NCBI GenBank assembly: GCA_013152275.1
Contig: JAADGS010000074.1
Coordinates: 1-64,000, forward strand
Source of the DNA: Actinomycetota bacterium
GTDB taxonomy: Bacteria > Actinomycetota > Acidimicrobiia > Spongiisociales > UBA4744
DNA length: 64,000 nucleotides
Reading direction: 5' to 3'
Position 1 is the first letter of the stretch, and each line of letters starts with the position of its first letter. Below are positions 59,429 to 64,000 of this stretch, in pieces. Position numbers and translations under genes: made by a program. The notes under the pieces were generated by a model that did not search any database, was not told the origin of the DNA, and saw nothing but the letters and a program-made list of their open reading frames with translations.

Positions 59429-60685
59429 ATGATCGACCCGGCGATTCTTCGTGAAGATCCAGACCGTCTCAGACGCTCGCTCGCACGCCGAGGCGTAGAG
59501 CTGAGTGTCGACGAACTCATAGAACTCGATCGCCGCAAGCGGTCGTTGCGTGCCGAGGCGGAGCAGATTCGTGCGAAACAGAAGGAGATGGGGAAGGAGA
59601 TCTCTCGTCTCCAAGGGGAGGCGAAGCAGATGGCCATCGGCAAGGCGAAAGCACTCGCCGATGAGTATCAGCGGCTCCTCGCCTTGGCCGACGAGGCGGA
59701 CGAACGATTCAACGAGTTGTGGGTGAGGGTTCCGAATTTGGCGCACGACTCGGTGCCTGACGGCTTCACCGACAAGGATGCCGTGGAAGTGAGGCGCTGG
59801 GGTGAGCCTCGCAACTTTGATTTCGAGACGCTGGATCATCAGGCTTTGGGTGAGGCGCTCGGACTGATCGACGTCGAGCGTGGAGTTCGCACGTCGGGCG
59901 CCCGGTTCGGGTATCTCAAAGGTCGGGCGGTCCTGCTCGAGATGGGTCTGGTTCGCTGGGCGATGGACATGGCCGTTGCAGAGGGTCTTACTCCGATGCT
60001 GCCACCGGTGCTGGTTCGAAGGGAGGCGCTGTTCGGAACAGGGTTCTTTCCCGACGATTCGGAGCAGGTGTACGCCGTGGAGAAGGACGACCTGTACCTG
60101 GTAGGCACGGCCGAGGTTCCTCTCGCCGCGTACCACGCCGGTGAGATTCTCGATGAGGAGATGCTCCCGGTTCGATACGCCGGTTTCTCGACGTGCTTTC
60201 GGCGCGAGGCGGGCACATACGGGAAAGACACGAGAGGGATCTTCCGAGTCCATCAGTTCGACAAACTGGAGATGTTCTCCTTCTGTCATCCGGATACTTC
60301 CTGGGAGGAGCACGAACGGCTGCTCGCATTCGAGGAACGGATCGTGCAGGGCCTCGAACTGCCGTACCGGGTGGTCAACATTCCCGTCGGAGATCTTGGT
60401 GCATCTGCCGCCAAGAAATACGATATCGAGGCGTGGTTCCCGTCGATGGGTCGGTATCGGGAGATCACATCGTGTTCCAATACGACAGACTTTCAGTCAC
60501 GACGGCTGAAGATCCGTTTCCGATCTGACGCGGGAAATCGACTGGTACACACCCTGAACGGCACGGTCGTCGCGGTGGGACGAACGATCCTGGCGATTCT
60601 CGAGAACCATCAGCAGGCAGATGGAACGGTCAAGGTGCCCGCCGCTATCCGTCCCTATGTCGGGTTCGATGTGATCGGCCCGTGA
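59429..60685 (+). CDS. serS: serine--tRNA ligase
   Basis: GTAE, FRREAG, RVHQF.KLEMF, EITSCSN, HTLNGT. Confidence 0.98.
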   Translation: MIDPAILREDPDRLRRSLARRGVELSVDELIELDRRKRSLRAEAEQIRAKQKEMGKEISRLQGEAKQMAIGKAKALADEYQRLLALADEADERFNELWVRVPNLAHDSVPDGFTDKDAVEVRRWGEPRNFDFETLDHQALGEALGLIDVERGVRTSGARFGYLKGRAVLLEMGLVRWAMDMAVAEGLTPMLPPVLVRREALFGTGFFPDDSEQVYAVEKDDLYLVGTAEVPLAAYHAGEILDEEMLPVRYAGFSTCFRREAGTYGKDTRGIFRVHQFDKLEMFSFCHPDTSWEEHERLLAFEERIVQGLELPYRVVNIPVGDLGASAAKKYDIEAWFPSMGRYREITSCSNTTDFQSRRLKIRFRSDAGNRLVHTLNGTVVAVGRTILAILENHQQADGTVKVPAAIRPYVGFDVIGP

Positions 60686-61302
60686 CCGAAGAGATCTTCT
60701 CTCGGATCGCCGGACGGTACGACCTTCTCAACCGTGTGCTGTCGTTCGGTCGTGAGCAGGCATGGCGGCGCTCAGGTGCCCGCTCTTTGCCGGAGGGCCG
60801 TGTCCTCGACCTCGGCGCGGGCACGGGTGCAGCCATGCCCGTATTCGGAGACCGTCAGGTCGTGGCGGTCGACCCGGTACCGCAGATGCTGGCGCTGAAC
60901 CCGGCTTCGGCCAAAGTGGTGGCGGTGGGGGAGGCGCTGCCCTTCCGTGATGGGACCTTCGATGGAGTGCTCTCCGCGTATGTGTTCCGTAACCTGACAT
61001 CGGTTCCCGATACCTTGAGGGAAGTGGCTCGCGTGTTGCGCCCTGGTGGAGCGCTCGTGGTGATCGGCCTCGGGCGGCCACGGGGACGGCGCTGGGCGAC
61101 GGTCCATCGTATGGGGACTTCACTGGTCCTGCCTACGATCGGTGCGCTCGCCGGAGCCAGGGACGAGTACACGTATCTTCACCGGTCTCTGGACAAACTG
61201 CCGCCCCCCGAAGAGTTGTTTACCGAGGGCCCTCTGACCCTGGAACGCGTATGGCGGATGGGACCGCTCGGATTCGTCTACGGCGCGGTGCTTCGCAAGT
61301 AG
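60682..61302 (+). CDS. UbiE/MenG-like methyltransferase
   Basis: IFSRIAGRYDLLNRVLSFG...WRR, LDLGAGTG, LPF. Confidence 0.85.
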   Translation: MTEEIFSRIAGRYDLLNRVLSFGREQAWRRSGARSLPEGRVLDLGAGTGAAMPVFGDRQVVAVDPVPQMLALNPASAKVVAVGEALPFRDGTFDGVLSAYVFRNLTSVPDTLREVARVLRPGGALVVIGLGRPRGRRWATVHRMGTSLVLPTIGALAGARDEYTYLHRSLDKLPPPEELFTEGPLTLERVWRMGPLGFVYGAVLRK

Positions 61303-61323
61303 ACGGGAAGCATTCGGCGGGGA

Positions 61324-61848
61324 TCAGAGATCGCCACGGAGCAGACCGTACTCCAGCAGGTCCGTCACGTGCCCTTCCTTCACGATGGCCTCACGCAGGC
61401 GGCCTTCGAGCCGGAACCCGCACTTCTCCAGGACGCGTGCCGACGCGGGGTTCCATCCGAAGACGGTCGCATACAGGCGGTTGACGGCAAAGGTGTCGAA
61501 TACGTAACGGGTGAAGCGGCGCAGCGCTTCGGTCGCAACGCCTCGTCCCCAGACGTTCGGGGCGAGCCAGTACCCGACGTTTGCAGCGTGTTGCTGCTCG
61601 GCGGTCAGGAGGTGGGCGCCGATACCTCCGACGACGGCCGATTCCACGACGATGGCGAAGTTGAATTGCGGGTCGCCTTCCTGAGAGCATTTGGCGATCC
61701 AGTCGGCGGCGTCGTCGATCGTGTACGGGTGGGGGAAGAGGTCGGTCATGTTGCGCCAGATGCGCCGGTCGTTGGCGATGGCGGCAAGCCTGTCCCGATC
61801 GGTGCTCAGCCACGGCCTGAGGGTGCAGGAGCCCGTGTCCAGTTTCAT
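61324..61848 (-). CDS. RimJ/RimL-type GNAT acetyltransferase
   Basis: VGYWL...WGRG.A, NPASARVLEKCGF..EG. Confidence 0.93.
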   Translation of the reverse strand: MKLDTGSCTLRPWLSTDRDRLAAIANDRRIWRNMTDLFPHPYTIDDAADWIAKCSQEGDPQFNFAIVVESAVVGGIGAHLLTAEQQHAANVGYWLAPNVWGRGVATEALRRFTRYVFDTFAVNRLYATVFGWNPASARVLEKCGFRLEGRLREAIVKEGHVTDLLEYGLLRGDL

Positions 61849-61911
61849 CCACCCAGACTACCGGGCGTCAACGCGTCTCTGGCTGTTGGCCGACAGCCGT
61901 GGGCCGGGAAC

Positions 61912-62184
61912 TGATCGTGCCCCTGCCGTCGACCGTCGGCCCGTCGGCGCTTTCCGGGTCGTTGGCTCCGGTCAGGCGACCCTGCGGCACCCAGGGCGGC
62001 CCGCTTAGGGCTGCTTCCTTCCGGACCTGACCCGGTTCACGGTGCCCTGCCGCGCAGGACCCAACGTTCAACACCACGTGCCCGGTGCTGCCCGAAAGGC
62101 AGATGGCCTCGGGCAGGGTATTCGGCCCCGCATGGAGAGGGTTTCGGGTTCAGGGCACCCCTAGCGCCCCGCCTAGCACGATCA
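61912..62184 (-). ncRNA. ffs: signal recognition particle RNA, large type with Alu domain
   Basis: Helix 8 motif GTCAGGTCCGGAAGGAAGCAGC; 5' CGTGCTAGGCGGGG...GGTGCCCTG Alu-like region; ends pair (TGATCGTGC/GCACGATCA); ~270 nt. Confidence 0.92.
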
Positions 62185-62339
62185 CCGGTGATGGTAATCG
62201 AGTCTGAAGGTTGCCAATTCGGCGCGGGTGGAGGGTCTCCGGTCGATCGAGTACGCCTCTGCCGACGCCGGCTCGTTCCTCGCCCAGCCCACTTCACCCC
62301 GAGCTGGAAGAGTGAGGCCCGTCGAGGGCAGGCGTCCAG

Positions 62340-62430
62340 CGGAGGGAGAGGGATTCGAACCCTCGAGGGCGTGGTAGCGCCCTACGGCATTTCGAGTGCC
62401 GCGCACTAGGCCAGACTATGCGATCCCTCC
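62340..62430 (-). tRNA. tRNA-Ser(CGA)
   Basis: GGAGGGA.../TCCCTCCG stem, CGGCA-CT-CGA-AA-TGCCG anticodon arm, long variable arm. Confidence 0.96.
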
Positions 62431-62488
62431 GGCAGCCAGAGATTGTACCGTTGCGGCACAGGGTTCCATCCTCTGTGAGAATGAGTAC

Positions 62489-63691
62489 ATGATTCGCTCT
62501 GAAGCAGGACTGCTCCGCACTGTCATCGTCCACCGACCTGGCCTCGAACTAGATCGGTTGACTCCTTCGAACAAGGACGAGTTGCTCTTCGACGAGCTGA
62601 TATGGGTGGAGAAGGCTCAGAACGAACACGACGCCTTCGTCGCGACGATGATCATCGCAGGGGTCGATGTCCTCTATCTGACAAACCTCCTCGAAACGGT
62701 CCTGGCCGATGGCAACATCGCCGAAGCGTTCATCTCTGAGCAGGTCGGCGATGATCTGTGTGGACGCCGGCTGGCAGGCAAGGTGAGGGGACTTCTGACC
62801 GACCTGGACACCGGTGGGTTGGTGAACCATCTCATCGGGGGTGTGAGTTTCGGGGATGTCGGGGAGACCGACGGCCTGGTGGCGGCGTTACACGGACCTG
62901 ATGACTTCGTGCTTGCCCCGATCCCCAACGCGGTGTTCATGCGGGATTCTTCCGTATGGGTCGGAGATGGCGTGATCTTGAGTCCGATGAATCGTATCGT
63001 CAGGCGGAGAGAGACGGCATTGTTGAAACTCGTGTATCAGCATCATCCGCGATTCGCCGGGGTGCCGATCTGGTTCGGAGACCGGCCAGGAGATCACTTT
63101 CCCGCTTCGGTCGAAGGGGGTGACATCCTCGTTGTCGGAGACCGAGGCTTGGCAGTCGGCATATCGGAACGGACGTCTCCATCGGGGGCAAGCGCGATGA
63201 TCTCCAGACTGTTCGAAGAGGACGTCGTGGATCGGGTTCTGGCGGTGGAGTTGCCCAAGGGAAGGGCGACGATGCATCTCGATACGGTCGTGAGCATGGT
63301 CGATGGCGATGCCGTTGTGATATACCCGAGGATTCAGGCCCGTGTCCGGTGCTTCAGGGTGACTCCGGGGGAGGGCGGTTATCCGAAGACCCGGGAAGTC
63401 GCGGGTCTGGCAGAAGGGCTTGCATGGGCTGCCGGTATTCCCCGGATGCGAGTGATCGAACCGACGCTGAGGAAGGTGGAGGCCGATCGTGAACAGTGGA
63501 ACGACGCCAACAACACGTTCGCGATTGCTCCGGGTGAGGTCGTCGCGTATGAGCGTAATGTGGTGACCAACCGGATTCTCGAGGACGCCGGGGTCATCGT
63601 GCACCGCATTCCGTCCTATGAACTGCCACGAGGGAGGGGCGGACCGAGATGCATGACGTGCCCGGTAGACAGAGAACCCGTTGCGGGGTGA
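62489..63691 (+). CDS. arcA: arginine deiminase
   Basis: SEAG.LR.V..HRPG.E, LLFDE, N..F.RD, EGGD, MHLDT, RGRGGPRCM. Confidence 0.95.
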   Translation: MIRSEAGLLRTVIVHRPGLELDRLTPSNKDELLFDELIWVEKAQNEHDAFVATMIIAGVDVLYLTNLLETVLADGNIAEAFISEQVGDDLCGRRLAGKVRGLLTDLDTGGLVNHLIGGVSFGDVGETDGLVAALHGPDDFVLAPIPNAVFMRDSSVWVGDGVILSPMNRIVRRRETALLKLVYQHHPRFAGVPIWFGDRPGDHFPASVEGGDILVVGDRGLAVGISERTSPSGASAMISRLFEEDVVDRVLAVELPKGRATMHLDTVVSMVDGDAVVIYPRIQARVRCFRVTPGEGGYPKTREVAGLAEGLAWAAGIPRMRVIEPTLRKVEADREQWNDANNTFAIAPGEVVAYERNVVTNRILEDAGVIVHRIPSYELPRGRGGPRCMTCPVDREPVAG

Positions 63692-63733
63692 ACCGGTGTT
63701 GAGGTTGGGCCATCGAGCGAGGAGAGGTGAGCA

Positions 63734-64000
63734 GTGCGTCGGCTGATCGTTGTGGCGCTTGCCCTGGTAGGAGCGAGCTGTGTTGCAGGACCGACCGTGC
63801 AGCCGACCTCGACGGCGCCTCCGCCCGCGGTTCCTTCCTCGCGGGTGCCCGAGCCGACCTCGACGGCGCCGCTCCAGCCGATGCCGACGAGTGGTCCGGA
63901 CAGCGGCCATGTGACCGCCTACTTCTTGTTGGATGACGGCGGTGAGGCCAACCGCCCCGGTCCATCGCTCGTGCCCGTCGATCGAATCGCCCCGGATGAC
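63734..64000 (+). CDS. lipoprotein, probably GerMN-domain (runs off window)
   Basis: Manual translation MRRLIVVALALVGASC (lipobox), PTSTAP x2 linker, VTAYF...LVPVDR. Confidence 0.7.
   Translation, partial: MRRLIVVALALVGASCVAGPTVQPTSTAPPPAVPSSRVPEPTSTAPLQPMPTSGPDSGHVTAYFLLDDGGEANRPGPSLVPVDRIAPDD

Noticed and set aside
62431..62488. ARG box upstream of arcA
   Set aside because: No TGCAT-N4-ATGCA-like sequence found.

Overview
GC-rich actinobacterial chromosome segment (Acidimicrobiia-like by gene order and content; inference) spanning the replication origin. Left to right: partial rubrerythrin-VIT1/CCC1 gene; arginine cluster argCJBD | argRGH, split by an orphan histidine kinase and an S9 peptidase, each half with its own ARG-box promoter; CCA-adding enzyme, PilT-like ATPase, divergent HDAC/GNAT pair, DegV pseudogene; the conserved origin block (pseudokinase-sigM-anti-sigma-trxB-trxA-cwlM-like | parB-parA-rsmG-jag-yidC-yidD-rnpA-rpmH | dnaA-oriC-dnaN-recF-dciA-gyrB-gyrA-DUF3566) with a perfect parS; an ~10 kb accessory block ending in a minus-strand tRNA-Ile (GGCT, GntR, amino-acid ABC transporter, hydrolases, TetR, FrhB-like); tRNA-Ala, thiolase, two crgA paralogues, mutY, the pknB-pbpA-rodA-pstP-fhaB-fhaA cluster, tRNA-Leu, serS, a large Alu-domain SRP RNA, tRNA-Ser, arcA and a partial GerMN-type lipoprotein. 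Two N-gaps (50774-50911, 51557-51594). No CRISPR array, transposase or integrase seen. Best leads: a palindrome shared by the gyrB promoter and an extra-origin DnaA-box cluster at crgA; a CD225/dispanin-like module fused to an ABC permease; rnpA with no normal start outside rpmH; a mutY-3'/crgA duplication; a large-type SRP RNA; an atypical GyrA QRDR. All family assignments come from motif recognition by eye, not database searches.
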